From Ignavibacteriota bacterium (GTDB lineage: Bacteria; Bacteroidota; Ignavibacteria; UBA10030; UBA6906): a DNA stretch of 64,000 nt. The notes below the pieces were generated by a model. That model was not told where the DNA came from. It made no database searches and was given only the letters and a program-made list of their open reading frames with translations. The stretch covers positions 1,504,001 through 1,568,000 of the forward strand of contig CAWDEM010000008.1 of assembly GCA_963801355.1 (NCBI GenBank), read 5' to 3'. The translations under genes and the position numbers were made by a program. Shown in pieces: positions 50,258 to 59,921 of this stretch (position 1 is the first letter of the stretch; each line of letters begins with the position of its first letter).

Positions 50258-52435
50258 ATGGCACCTATTTCATCCCTCACCAATCGGCTCCAGAAATCGC
50301 GCCCGGCAATGATGGTCGCCGTGGTGGCTTTTGGATGCATCGCCGGAATCGGGCTCTCCAGCCTGACGCTTTTTGAGACCCTTGAGCTCAAGACACTGGA
50401 TTTGCGCTTCCGCTATGAATCCCACCCGGAATGGGCCGATACCAACGTTGTCATCGTGGCTGTCGACCAGAACAGCCTGGATTTCTTTGCGTCAACAAGG
50501 GGTCAGAAGTGGCCGTGGCCCAGGGAGTACTACGGCCTCCTGCTGGAATTCCTGCAGGGTGCGCAACCGAGAGTAGTGGCATTTGATTACGATTTTTCGC
50601 AAAAGGACGAGGACCGCCTCGAGGTGGACGGCAGCGAGTCGGATGCGGTGTTTGCCGATGCCATGGGCTCCAGCAAGAAGGTTGTGCTCGGCTTCAGTCT
50701 CGCAAGAGGCGACCAGGGAGACCAGCCGGGCGGCTCGTTGATCCCCCGGCATCTGCTGCCACGCGGAAGAGACTCCTCCGGACCGGGACCGTATGATCGG
50801 GTCGTCGCCCCGCTCCCTCTCTTCCAGGAGAACGCAGCCCTCCTTGGAGCCACAAATTTCGGCACCGACGAAGACGGCATTGCACGACGAAGCCAGCTGA
50901 CATATGATTTCGACACCAGCAGGGTTCCGCAGTTCGCATTTGCGGCGAATCTCGAAGCCACGTTGACCCCCACGGGGGCTGTCGACTCTGTTCTCGCTTC
51001 CATACCGCTTGACCAACACGGGGAATTTCTTGTGTACTGGTATGGGAAGGGCGGACCTGCCGGTGTCTTCCGTTACTACTCCGCGCACGCGCTGATCGTC
51101 TCGGGAGTCAAGCTGCGGGGAGGTTTTGCACCGGATATCTCTCCGGATCTCTTCCGCGGCAAATGTGTTCTCATCGGTGGTTCGGCAGCAGGCCTCTGGG
51201 ACTTCAAGCCCACGCCGTTCACGTTTCTCGAAATCTACCCCGGCGTGGAAATCCAGGCCACACTGCTGAGCAACCTGCTGAACCGGCATTTCATCACCCG
51301 CACGCCTCCATGGGGCGGCTACGCCCTCGCAGTGTTGCTCGCTATCCTTGCCGCGCTGGCATTCTACCGCATCCGCCGGGTCTGGCTTGCTTCTCTGGTG
51401 ATTCTCGTGCTGATTGGGGTGTATATCGTTGCCGCATTCTCCATGTTCCGGTGGGAGTTGCTCTGGCTGCCCCTCGTCACACCGCTCGCCGCAGTGGCGA
51501 CAACGTATGCCCTGGCTGCGGTGACCAGCTATGCCGTGGAGGGGCAGCAGCGCAGGATGCTGCGGCGCGCCTTCAACAGGTACTTCAGTCCGCATGTCGT
51601 GGCGGACATCCTCGAGAACTCCGCCCAGGTCGAACTCGGAGGGAAAACCATCGAGGCGACCGCGTTCTTTTCGGACATCAAGGATTTCACATCGTTTGCC
51701 GAACGCACCTCGCCGAAGGATCTCGTCCATTTTCTCAACGAGTATTTTTCGGTGGCAAGCGACGTCATCTTGCGCAACGAAGCGATGCTGGATAAATATA
51801 TCGGCGATGCCATCATGGCAATTTTCGGTGCGCCGATACCGCGCGCGGATAACGCCCGCGTCGCCTGTCTGACCGCGCTCGAAGTGCAGGAGGTCCTCGC
51901 CCGGTATCATACCCGGCCGGACCGTAGTCCCGATATGCCGGTGTTCATCACCCGCATCGGTCTGCACACGGGCAACATGGTTATCGGGAACATCGGCGGG
52001 AGCGCCCGTCTGGACTACACCGCGATCGGCGACACGGTGAATGTGGCATCGCGGCTGGAGGGCGTGAACAAGGTCTTCGGCACGAACATCATCGTGAGCG
52101 AAACCACGTATGAACAGGCCGGAGATGCCATCGCAGCGCGGCCGCTGGATTTCCTCAAAGTGAAGGGGAAAGCGATCCCCATCCGCATCTTCGAACTGAT
52201 CGGTCGCGCGGGCACACTCTCCATACTGCAGGCGAATATCATCGGAGCGTTCACGGAAGGACTCCAGCTGTACCGGCAACGGGAATTTCAAAAGGCCATC
52301 GGGGTGTTCACCAAGATCCACGAGATCGATCCCAACCCCATCCCGTCAGCGATATATCTGAAGCGTTGCGCCGAACTTTCACAACAATCTCTGCCCGATG
52401 ACTGGGACGGAGTCTACACCATGACATCGAAATAA
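50258..52435 (+). CDS. CHASE2-domain class III adenylate/guanylate cyclase
   Basis: VDQNS, WPWPR, DEDGIARR and PGVEIQA (CHASE2); 3 TM helices; FSDIKDFT, DKYIGDAIMA, DYTAIGDTVNVASRLE; C-terminal WDGV. Confidence 0.94.
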   Translation: MAPISSLTNRLQKSRPAMMVAVVAFGCIAGIGLSSLTLFETLELKTLDLRFRYESHPEWADTNVVIVAVDQNSLDFFASTRGQKWPWPREYYGLLLEFLQGAQPRVVAFDYDFSQKDEDRLEVDGSESDAVFADAMGSSKKVVLGFSLARGDQGDQPGGSLIPRHLLPRGRDSSGPGPYDRVVAPLPLFQENAALLGATNFGTDEDGIARRSQLTYDFDTSRVPQFAFAANLEATLTPTGAVDSVLASIPLDQHGEFLVYWYGKGGPAGVFRYYSAHALIVSGVKLRGGFAPDISPDLFRGKCVLIGGSAAGLWDFKPTPFTFLEIYPGVEIQATLLSNLLNRHFITRTPPWGGYALAVLLAILAALAFYRIRRVWLASLVILVLIGVYIVAAFSMFRWELLWLPLVTPLAAVATTYALAAVTSYAVEGQQRRMLRRAFNRYFSPHVVADILENSAQVELGGKTIEATAFFSDIKDFTSFAERTSPKDLVHFLNEYFSVASDVILRNEAMLDKYIGDAIMAIFGAPIPRADNARVACLTALEVQEVLARYHTRPDRSPDMPVFITRIGLHTGNMVIGNIGGSARLDYTAIGDTVNVASRLEGVNKVFGTNIIVSETTYEQAGDAIAARPLDFLKVKGKAIPIRIFELIGRAGTLSILQANIIGAFTEGLQLYRQREFQKAIGVFTKIHEIDPNPIPSAIYLKRCAELSQQSLPDDWDGVYTMTSK

Positions 52436-52450
52436 CCAGGAGGGCTGATC

Positions 52451-53689
52451 ATGAAACGCATACCATGTGTCGGTGCGCTGCTCCTGTTTCTGGCGCTTGC
52501 GACCTGCGCGGAAACGGTCTATACGAAACGGGACAACAACTACATTCGCGAAGGCCCGGGAGCCTACTACGAACTGGTGGCGGTCGTGCAACAAAACACC
52601 GCGGTCAACGTCGTCACGCACGACGGTTCCTGGCTCAAGGTGAAACTGACAGACAAAAAGACGGGGTGGATGTCGTCCAATAGTCTGACCGACGCCAAAC
52701 CCGCCGGCGCACGGGTGATGAAACTGGAAAACGTCTGGAGCTCGCCGAAAGCATCGCGCGCCGGCGTCTCCGCCGCCATCCGCGGGTTTGCCGAGAAACG
52801 CGCCAAGACTCCCCCCGGATCGGTGGAAAAGGTCCTGAAGAATTCCGGAAAGACATTCCGCGAAGCCGATCTCGACGCATTCCGCAAGGATGTGGAGGCG
52901 TACAAAGCCGGGTTGGCGGGATCACTCAAAATGGAAGACCTGTCCCTCGCACCCATCGAGTATGACGCCGGCATTGAGGAACAGCAAGTCGGCCTGGGAA
53001 TCGCCGCACGGCTGATCGAAAAGGGGTTCATCACCGATCGTACCGCGGTCGAGTACGTCAACATGATTTGCGCGACACTGGCCGCCAACTCGTCTGTGTA
53101 TGACTGGGATTTCACGGTCTTCATACTGGATGATTCGACAGTCAACGGCTTTGCGCTCCCCGGGGGGTACGTGTTCATTACCAAAGGCGCCGTGCAGTTG
53201 TGCGACGATGAATCGGAACTTGCCGCGATCATTGCCCACGAGATGGCGCACGTCGTCCGGAAACACGGCGCACAGGAGATGAGCAAACGGAAGGTGCACA
53301 TCAAGGCGGACGATGCATTCAACGAGCTTGAAGAAGAGACCGGAGAAAAAACTCAGGATGAAGCCGAACTCGATGATCTGATGCAGCAGACGTACGAACG
53401 GCTCGTCTCACCGAGGCTGCTCGAGTATGAACTCGAAGCCGACCGCGTCGCCGCAGTGCTCCTCGCACAGGCGGGCTATGAGCCGCGCGGACTCGTGCGT
53501 ATCGGGCTGAAGGTGGCCCGTCTGCCGAAAGAGAAGCCGGGCATGTTTGACCCGAATTACATGGCGCCCGATCTGGTGGGCGAGCGTGCCAGGGCGACCG
53601 AAAAATTCGTAGTTGAACACTTCCGTGACTCTGCACACGGCGCCACGCTGCGTGATCGTTGCCTGGCGCGGACGGTGCATCTACGCTAA
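52451..53689 (+). CDS. SH3-domain M48 family metallopeptidase, exported
   Basis: IREGPG...WLKVK...GWM (SH3), NGFALPGG, AHEMAH, ELEAD. Confidence 0.88.
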   Translation: MKRIPCVGALLLFLALATCAETVYTKRDNNYIREGPGAYYELVAVVQQNTAVNVVTHDGSWLKVKLTDKKTGWMSSNSLTDAKPAGARVMKLENVWSSPKASRAGVSAAIRGFAEKRAKTPPGSVEKVLKNSGKTFREADLDAFRKDVEAYKAGLAGSLKMEDLSLAPIEYDAGIEEQQVGLGIAARLIEKGFITDRTAVEYVNMICATLAANSSVYDWDFTVFILDDSTVNGFALPGGYVFITKGAVQLCDDESELAAIIAHEMAHVVRKHGAQEMSKRKVHIKADDAFNELEEETGEKTQDEAELDDLMQQTYERLVSPRLLEYELEADRVAAVLLAQAGYEPRGLVRIGLKVARLPKEKPGMFDPNYMAPDLVGERARATEKFVVEHFRDSAHGATLRDRCLARTVHLR

Positions 53690-53717
53690 AGACACGGAAC
53701 ACCATAACGCCGGACAC

Positions 53718-54653
53718 ATGATCGCCATCTCCACATCTCATCTCTCGAAAACGTACACCGCGGGATTCCGCGGCAAACGGCATGTCCACGCACTTCAGGA
53801 TTTTTCGCTCGATGTGGAGAGCGGACAGATCTTCAGCCTCCTCGGGCCGAACGGTGCAGGCAAGACAACGTTCATCAAGATCCTCCTCTCCCTCACCCGG
53901 AAAACAGGCGGCAGCGCACGGCTCATGAATCTTCCGGTGTCCGATCACAGGGCCCGCCTGCACGTCGGTTACCTTCCCGAGAATCACCGGTACCCTGGTT
54001 ACCTCACGGGCGAACAGGTGTTGCGCTCGTTCGGCACATTGAGCGGGATTTCCGGCGCTGCCGTCCGCTCGCGGACCACTTCCATGCTCGAGCTCGTCGG
54101 GATGAAGGAGTGGCGGAACACCAAGGTGAAGAAGTATTCCAAAGGGATGATGCAGCGGCTCGGCCTAGCCCAGGCGATGATCAACGAACCCGATCTGCTC
54201 TTCCTGGATGAACCCACGGACGGCGTGGATCCCGTGGGCCGTGCGGAAATCCGTGATCTTCTCAGGAACCTGCGCACCAGGGGCACGACCATTTTCCTGA
54301 ATTCCCACCTGTTGTCAGAGGTGGAGTTGATTTCGGACCGCGTCGCGATCCTCGACAAGGGCCGCCTGCTGAAGGTCGGCACTGTGGACGAACTCACCTC
54401 GACCGGTGAACGCTACCACATCGGCTTCGACGGCGCGCTTCCCGAGGCATTCCGGACCGAAGCAGCGGCCAAGGTGCTGACGTTCGGCGAAGCGAAGAAC
54501 GGCCTCACCATCGATGTCGAAAGCATCGCGGAACTGAACGCGATGATCGACATGCTCCGGCGTCACCAGGTGCCGATCATCGCTGTGGCAAAAGAACGCA
54601 GCACGCTCGAAGAGTCATTCTTGAACCTTATCAAACGCGAGGTGCCGGCATGA
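53718..54653 (+). CDS. ABC transporter ATP-binding protein
   Basis: GPNGAGKTT, YSKGM, LDEPT, NSH. Confidence 0.95.
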   Translation: MIAISTSHLSKTYTAGFRGKRHVHALQDFSLDVESGQIFSLLGPNGAGKTTFIKILLSLTRKTGGSARLMNLPVSDHRARLHVGYLPENHRYPGYLTGEQVLRSFGTLSGISGAAVRSRTTSMLELVGMKEWRNTKVKKYSKGMMQRLGLAQAMINEPDLLFLDEPTDGVDPVGRAEIRDLLRNLRTRGTTIFLNSHLLSEVELISDRVAILDKGRLLKVGTVDELTSTGERYHIGFDGALPEAFRTEAAAKVLTFGEAKNGLTIDVESIAELNAMIDMLRRHQVPIIAVAKERSTLEESFLNLIKREVPA

Positions 54654-55480
54654 AACTCCTCGCGTTGATTCGACTCACGCTGCGCGAGCTGTCGGCAAAA
54701 GCGACCTTTATCATCCTGGCGGCAATCTCCACCATCGTCCTGCTGGGGCTCGCCGCCGCCGTGGGAACCACCTCCACACCCGACGGAACGGTGCTGCAGG
54801 TGTTCGGCCAGCAGGCGTCTCCGCCGATGCCGGATGACCAGATCACCGAGGCCATCCGCGGGATGCAAGCCGGCCTTGCAGGCGGACTCTTCACCGGGAT
54901 CATTCTCTTCGGCATTTTTGCCACGGCCGGCGTCATCCCCGATGCACTTGAGAAAGGCACGGTCGACCTGTACCTCTCAAAGCCCATCGCGCGTTGGGAG
55001 CTCCTCCTCGGCAAATACCTTGGAGCGGTGGTCGCGATCTTTGTGAATGTCCTCTACTTCATGGCCGGCGCGTGGATCATTTTCGGCATCAAATGCGGTG
55101 TGTGGGATACACGCATCCTCCTGTCAACCTTCACGATTACATACATGTTCGCCTGCCTGTACGCCGTCCTCACGTTCATTGCCGTTCTGACGCGCAACAC
55201 GCCAGTCTCCATTATTCTCGTGTACCTCTATCTGTTCGTCATCGGACCGGTCCTGCAGAACCGCGAAACTGTTCTGTATCTCATCTCCGACAACACCATC
55301 TACCGGAGCTTCATTGACGGAGTGTCCTATCTCTTTCCCCAGCTCGACGCCATGCGCACGAATGGGGCGAAACAACTGCTCGCGCAGGAAATGGACTGGA
55401 AGCCGTTCGTGCAGTCGTTGCTGTCCGCTTCCGCCTTCTTTCTGGGAGGTGCCGTATTGCTGAAACAGCGTGACTTCTGA
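54650..55480 (+). CDS. ABC-2 type permease
   Basis: EKGTVDLYLSKPIARWELLLGKYLG motif and multiple TM helices. Confidence 0.9.
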   Translation: MKLLALIRLTLRELSAKATFIILAAISTIVLLGLAAAVGTTSTPDGTVLQVFGQQASPPMPDDQITEAIRGMQAGLAGGLFTGIILFGIFATAGVIPDALEKGTVDLYLSKPIARWELLLGKYLGAVVAIFVNVLYFMAGAWIIFGIKCGVWDTRILLSTFTITYMFACLYAVLTFIAVLTRNTPVSIILVYLYLFVIGPVLQNRETVLYLISDNTIYRSFIDGVSYLFPQLDAMRTNGAKQLLAQEMDWKPFVQSLLSASAFFLGGAVLLKQRDF

Positions 55481-56087
55481 TCCACACACGGTGAGGGGGA
55501 GACTCATCATGCCGGCGGCCAGGGTGACGGGGAGACTCATCATACCGGTGCCCGGGGTGACGGGGAGACTCATCATGCTGGTGCCCGGGGTGACAGGGAG
55601 ACTCATCATGCTGGCAATGTCGGCCATACTCCTGGGGGGATGTGCATTGCACTTCGTCTGGGATCCGGCCCCAGCCGATAGTCAATTGTGGATGGTGGAT
55701 CGACGGTCCACAATTGGTGCGGGTGTCACCCCGGCCGACTCAGCGGCAGACGGAGACGGTTTCCGGGAAGCCGTCAGACGCCTATCAACCCCCGAGCTGG
55801 AAAAACGGAAACAGAACCGCCGGGAGTATCAGCAGCGCCATTATGCGGAAGTGCTCTACGAGCTCGCACAGATGGACGCGCCGGGGGCATTACTGGCTTC
55901 ACTGCGCTCACAAGCCCAGCTCGAATTGCAGCTTCCCAACAATACGCTCTACGTGACGATCCCTATTGTCCAGCCTCCCCCATCAAAGACCACTTTGCCG
56001 GGCTTCTCCGCACTTCCAAGTGCTCACATGCAGATTCCTCTTCTGGAGGATCGTCGATTTCCGGCCGATCCCTGGAGTCTGAAGTGA
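55470..56087 (+). CDS. Hypothetical lipoprotein with an 11-aa N-terminal repeat; start uncertain
   Basis: Lipobox LLGGC preceded by VTGRLIM repeats. The stop overlaps the next gene's GTG. Confidence 0.6.
   Translation: MTSDPHTVRGRLIMPAARVTGRLIIPVPGVTGRLIMLVPGVTGRLIMLAMSAILLGGCALHFVWDPAPADSQLWMVDRRSTIGAGVTPADSAADGDGFREAVRRLSTPELEKRKQNRREYQQRHYAEVLYELAQMDAPGALLASLRSQAQLELQLPNNTLYVTIPIVQPPPSKTTLPGFSALPSAHMQIPLLEDRRFPADPWSLK
55490..55613 (+). repeat. 33-bp tandem repeat, about 3.7 copies
   Basis: Units start at 55490, 55523, 55556 and 55589; consensus GGTGACGGGGAGACTCATCATGCYGGTGCCCGG. Confidence 0.92.
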
Positions 56088-56791
56088 AGCCCTCCTGGCG
56101 GGAGCTTTCCTACGTTGTCCGCGTACGGGAGGCCGTTCCCCAAACACGCAGCACAGTCATCGCCGCGGCCATGGGGATTGCCAACATATTTCTCTGTGCT
56201 TTTTTCGAGCGGTATGTCGCCGGCCCCGGGTGGCGCGAAGCCCTTGTGACGCTCCTGGCACTCGAGAGCGGCCTGCTGATGATCGTTGCCATGGGAATTC
56301 ACCTGCAAACAATCGACCCCGTGCTCAAGCGCACGCGGGTCCACCCGGTGCACCCGGGCGCCAGGTTTGCATTTGTGGTGCTGACGCTGCTGCGCCACCG
56401 GTACGTTCTCGTGCTCTGGGGGAGCGCCCTCTTTTCACTGACCCTCATGGTCCACCCCACCCCCGGCTCTCTGCCATTTGTCGTTCTCGCCTTTCTTGTA
56501 CCGGGAATCGCGCTGGTGATCATCTCCGCAACGTTGTTCGTGCTGTTTGAACGGTGGACCGCGTCGGGCGCCGTCGCGCTGGCAGCACTGGGAGTTGTTG
56601 CATGTGTGACGTCAATGGTAACGATCATGTTCCCGGGATCGCATCTGCTCGAGCTGCTCATGCCGCTGCGCTGGTGCTCTCTCTCGTGCAGCGCGGCGCT
56701 GTCAGGAGATTTTTTCCTCAGCGCCGCACAGCTTCTGCCCTTTGCCGCCCTGGCCGCCATTGCATGGGTCGGAGGAGCACACTATGCCTGA
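56084..56791 (+). CDS. Hypothetical membrane protein (ABC permease-like)
   Basis: GTG start after GGAG, overlapping the upstream TGA; about 6 hydrophobic segments. Confidence 0.7.
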   Translation: MKPSWRELSYVVRVREAVPQTRSTVIAAAMGIANIFLCAFFERYVAGPGWREALVTLLALESGLLMIVAMGIHLQTIDPVLKRTRVHPVHPGARFAFVVLTLLRHRYVLVLWGSALFSLTLMVHPTPGSLPFVVLAFLVPGIALVIISATLFVLFERWTASGAVALAALGVVACVTSMVTIMFPGSHLLELLMPLRWCSLSCSAALSGDFFLSAAQLLPFAALAAIAWVGGAHYA

Positions 56792-57452
56792 GCTGCTGCT
56801 CTTCCCAGTGGAACTGCGACGTTTCTTCGAGGAGCCGCGGAATAGCGTGATTCTCCCCGCAGCGATCCTCGTGCCCTTCTTCTCACTCTGGCCCTACTTC
56901 CCGTCGCCGTTCGTTCCCGCGCTCACCGCGACGTTTGCGTGCATGGAGCCGTACTTCCTGAACATGTGGTACCTCTGGCCAGGCCAATTGGAAAGTCTCG
57001 CGCTCCGGCCTCTGAACTGGAGACGCGTCGTCGCCGCCAAGAACCTGACGGCACTCTGTCTCACCCTGACAACCTTCTCCTGCTTCGCCGTCATCACGTG
57101 CTATTTTCACAACGGGAGGGTCCCCCCCGGCACGATCGGGCCGGCGTTCCTCCATTGCATCCTGGGAGGATTCGCCCTCGCCATGTTCGGCAACAACTAC
57201 TCCGTTGTGAGTCCCCGGGCACGGATTGGATGGACACTTGATGATCTTGCGGCTTCCGTGCTGGCGCTCATCGTCGCCGGTGCCGCCATGGTCCCCGTCA
57301 TCGTCCTCACCTATCTCATCGGGCCGTGGCCTGCAAACGGGGCTCTGATCATGCTGGCCCTCATTCTCTGGGCCGGATGGTCCCTCCCCGCATCCGCAAC
57401 ACGCATTGCACACAGTATACCGGAACTATGGGCGAACGCGACGTACTCGTAG
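56784..57452 (+). CDS. Hypothetical membrane protein (ABC permease-like)
   Basis: GGAGGAG site; RPLNWRRVVAAKN loop; multiple TM helices. Confidence 0.72.
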   Translation: MPELLLFPVELRRFFEEPRNSVILPAAILVPFFSLWPYFPSPFVPALTATFACMEPYFLNMWYLWPGQLESLALRPLNWRRVVAAKNLTALCLTLTTFSCFAVITCYFHNGRVPPGTIGPAFLHCILGGFALAMFGNNYSVVSPRARIGWTLDDLAASVLALIVAGAAMVPVIVLTYLIGPWPANGALIMLALILWAGWSLPASATRIAHSIPELWANATYS

Positions 57453-58216
57453 AGATCACAGGACTTTCCAAGACCTTCGAGCAGGGCATACCGGTCCTGG
57501 AAAACCTCGGCCTCACCGTGGAAGCGGGGGCGATCTACGGATTTCTGGGATTGAACGGCGCGGGAAAGACCACGACCATCCGCATCATTGCCGGACTCTT
57601 GCGCCCCGACGCGGGGCAGATACGGCTGCTGGGCTCGCCGTGGTCCGGCACCAATCCAGAGATCAAATCACGCCTGGGTTTTGTGCTCGATGAGCCCCTG
57701 TACTTCGACTGGCTTTCGGCACGCGAGTACCTCGAGTGGAACGGGCGCATGTACGGCCTGTCGCGTGAAGTGAGCCACGAGCGGGCCGCTGAGTTGCTCG
57801 AGTTCCTGGACCTCCCCGGAACCGACACGCAGCAGATCGACACTTTCTCCACGGGAATGAAAAAGAAAATTTCGCTCGCTGCCGCGATCATCCACAAACC
57901 GTCATTGGTGATTCTGGATGAACCGTTTGAGGGGATCGACCCGCTTGCAGCGCGGGACATCCGGGACACGCTCACCTTGATGGCTTCCAGGGGATCGACG
58001 ATCCTTGTCACTTCGCATATCCTCGAAACCATCGAGCGGCTCTGCTCGCATATCGGCATTCTGCACAAAGGGAAAATGCTTCTGGAGTGCCGCATGGACG
58101 AGTACCGCAGCCGCGCCGAGCACATGCTGCGCCATACGGAGACCCGCTCGCTGGCAGATTTGTTTGTCGGGCTCGTAGGCGACACGAAGAGGAAGAACCC
58201 ACCATCCTATGTCTGA
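57428..58216 (+). CDS. ABC transporter ATP-binding protein
   Basis: GLNGAGKTT, FSTGM, LDEPF, TSH. Confidence 0.94.
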   Translation: MGERDVLVEITGLSKTFEQGIPVLENLGLTVEAGAIYGFLGLNGAGKTTTIRIIAGLLRPDAGQIRLLGSPWSGTNPEIKSRLGFVLDEPLYFDWLSAREYLEWNGRMYGLSREVSHERAAELLEFLDLPGTDTQQIDTFSTGMKKKISLAAAIIHKPSLVILDEPFEGIDPLAARDIRDTLTLMASRGSTILVTSHILETIERLCSHIGILHKGKMLLECRMDEYRSRAEHMLRHTETRSLADLFVGLVGDTKRKNPPSYV

Positions 58217-58904
58217 CTATTCCCTCCCGTTTCTCATGCTGGTCCGCCCCCGGCATGCGGCTGACCGATTGCCGTTTGTCGTTGCCTGGTGGCGTCCGTT
58301 CGCGGTTGTCGCGATCCTCACCATGGGCCTGAGTCTGCTGTCGCATGCGCTGGCGGTTTCCATCGCAGTGGCACATCTCCCCCCATCCGCAACCGCCGAT
58401 GACGCCGGGCAGGTCCGGCGATGGCTCGATGCCGGACTTGTTTCCCGAACTCTCCTGTTGCCTCTTCGCACGGCGGTGGAATGTGGCTTTTCGGCGCTCC
58501 TCCTATTGGCCTTTTCCCGCGCATTCACCGGACGCCCCGCCGGATCGTTCCGGGGTTTCTTCGTGCTTTCACTCGCTGCGTCGGTATTTCTCCTTCTCGG
58601 TCGCGCTGTGGCCGCGGGATGGTATTGGATCGCAAATGACGGCATACCTTCATCTCCGGGAATGGTTCTCTCGGCCGCACACCTGTTTCCTTCGGTGGGA
58701 GATTATGGCGTCATTCTTTTGCTAACATCAATAAATCTCTTTACATTATTGTACCTGGGGTCGGTGACGTTGGGGTTGGCTGTTCTCTGCAGGTGCAATG
58801 CGCGGAAAGCCTTTCTTGTGGCCGTCGCGGCGTGGACGGTATCCACTGCGTTTTCCATCACCGTGCTTTTTCTGCTCCGGAACGCATATCAGATCCGGTT
58901 CTAG
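58209..58904 (+). CDS. Yip1-like membrane protein
   Basis: About 5 TM helices, LVRP start motif, SINLFTL...LGLAV. Confidence 0.65.
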   Translation: MSDYSLPFLMLVRPRHAADRLPFVVAWWRPFAVVAILTMGLSLLSHALAVSIAVAHLPPSATADDAGQVRRWLDAGLVSRTLLLPLRTAVECGFSALLLLAFSRAFTGRPAGSFRGFFVLSLAASVFLLLGRAVAAGWYWIANDGIPSSPGMVLSAAHLFPSVGDYGVILLLTSINLFTLLYLGSVTLGLAVLCRCNARKAFLVAVAAWTVSTAFSITVLFLLRNAYQIRF

Positions 58905-58988
58905 CGCCTGCATCATGCCCTCCCCCGGGCAGAGACCGCCCCGCGGCATTTCCACTGACATTGACGTAGACCGCAAAAGGAATATTTC

Positions 58989-59921
58989 ATGGCAAAGAAA
59001 CTACAGTTTGAAGACCTCGAATCCCCTCTGATTCACCACCGTAAAACGGGGGACCAATTCCATACGGTTGGGGTGATCGGGTTGGGGGTGATGGGTCAGG
59101 GTATTGTGGAGACCATTGCCGGATCGGGCATTGAGGTGATCGGCGTCGAGAAGAACGATGTCACATTGAAGGCCGGGCTGGATGGGCTGAATCATGCGAT
59201 GGATCTGGAGATTAAGCGCTGGGGGAAGACGGCCTCCGAAAAGCGCGCGGTGCTCTCCCGTGTGCGGGGCACCACCGCGATCACGGATCTCAAAGATGTG
59301 GATATCGTGATTGAGGCGGTCGACGAGGATTTTGAGCTGAAGCGGGATCTGATCGATCAGTTCTACGCGATCGGCAAGTCCAAAGCGGTCTACATCTCCA
59401 ATACCGCTTCACTGAGTCTGACGAAGCTAGCAGAGCATGCGAAGCACCCCGACCAGATTATCGGCATGCACTTTCTGAACCCCGTGCCGGTTGTGCCGCT
59501 GGTGGAGATCGTGCGGGGGATGAAGACGTCGGATGCGACCTTTGCCCTCGTGAAGTCGCTTGCGCGGCGCATCGGCAAAACCCCCGTCGAAGTATTCGAA
59601 TATCCCGGTTTCATCACCACGCGCATCATTCTTACCTTCTTGAACGAAGCGATGCACGTGCTGATGGAAGGCATTGCCACCGCGGATCACATCGATACGG
59701 CCATGAAGCTGGGGTTCAACATGCAAACAGGCCCGCTGGAAATGGCGGATGCCATGGGTCTCGACGAGGTGCTGGCCTGGATGGATTCGCTCTGGCGTGA
59801 ACTCGGCGAGCCGCGCTACCGTCCGTGTCCTCTGCTGCGCCGCATGGTGCGGGAAGGGAAACTCGGGAAGAAAGTCGGCGAAGGGTTTTTCAAATACAAC
59901 GAAGACGGAAAACGAAAATGA
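58989..59921 (+). CDS. hbd: 3-hydroxybutyryl-CoA dehydrogenase
   Basis: GLGVMG, IEAVDE, SNTASL, GMHFLNP, PGFI, GPLEMAD..GLD, GKLGKK.GEGFF.Y. Confidence 0.9.
   Translation: MAKKLQFEDLESPLIHHRKTGDQFHTVGVIGLGVMGQGIVETIAGSGIEVIGVEKNDVTLKAGLDGLNHAMDLEIKRWGKTASEKRAVLSRVRGTTAITDLKDVDIVIEAVDEDFELKRDLIDQFYAIGKSKAVYISNTASLSLTKLAEHAKHPDQIIGMHFLNPVPVVPLVEIVRGMKTSDATFALVKSLARRIGKTPVEVFEYPGFITTRIILTFLNEAMHVLMEGIATADHIDTAMKLGFNMQTGPLEMADAMGLDEVLAWMDSLWRELGEPRYRPCPLLRRMVREGKLGKKVGEGFFKYNEDGKRK

Noticed and set aside
55688-56083. N-terminal 132 aa of the 367-aa ORF
   Set aside because: Overlaps the lipoprotein gene in another frame; the GTG at 56084 with SD and stop/start overlap is the better start.
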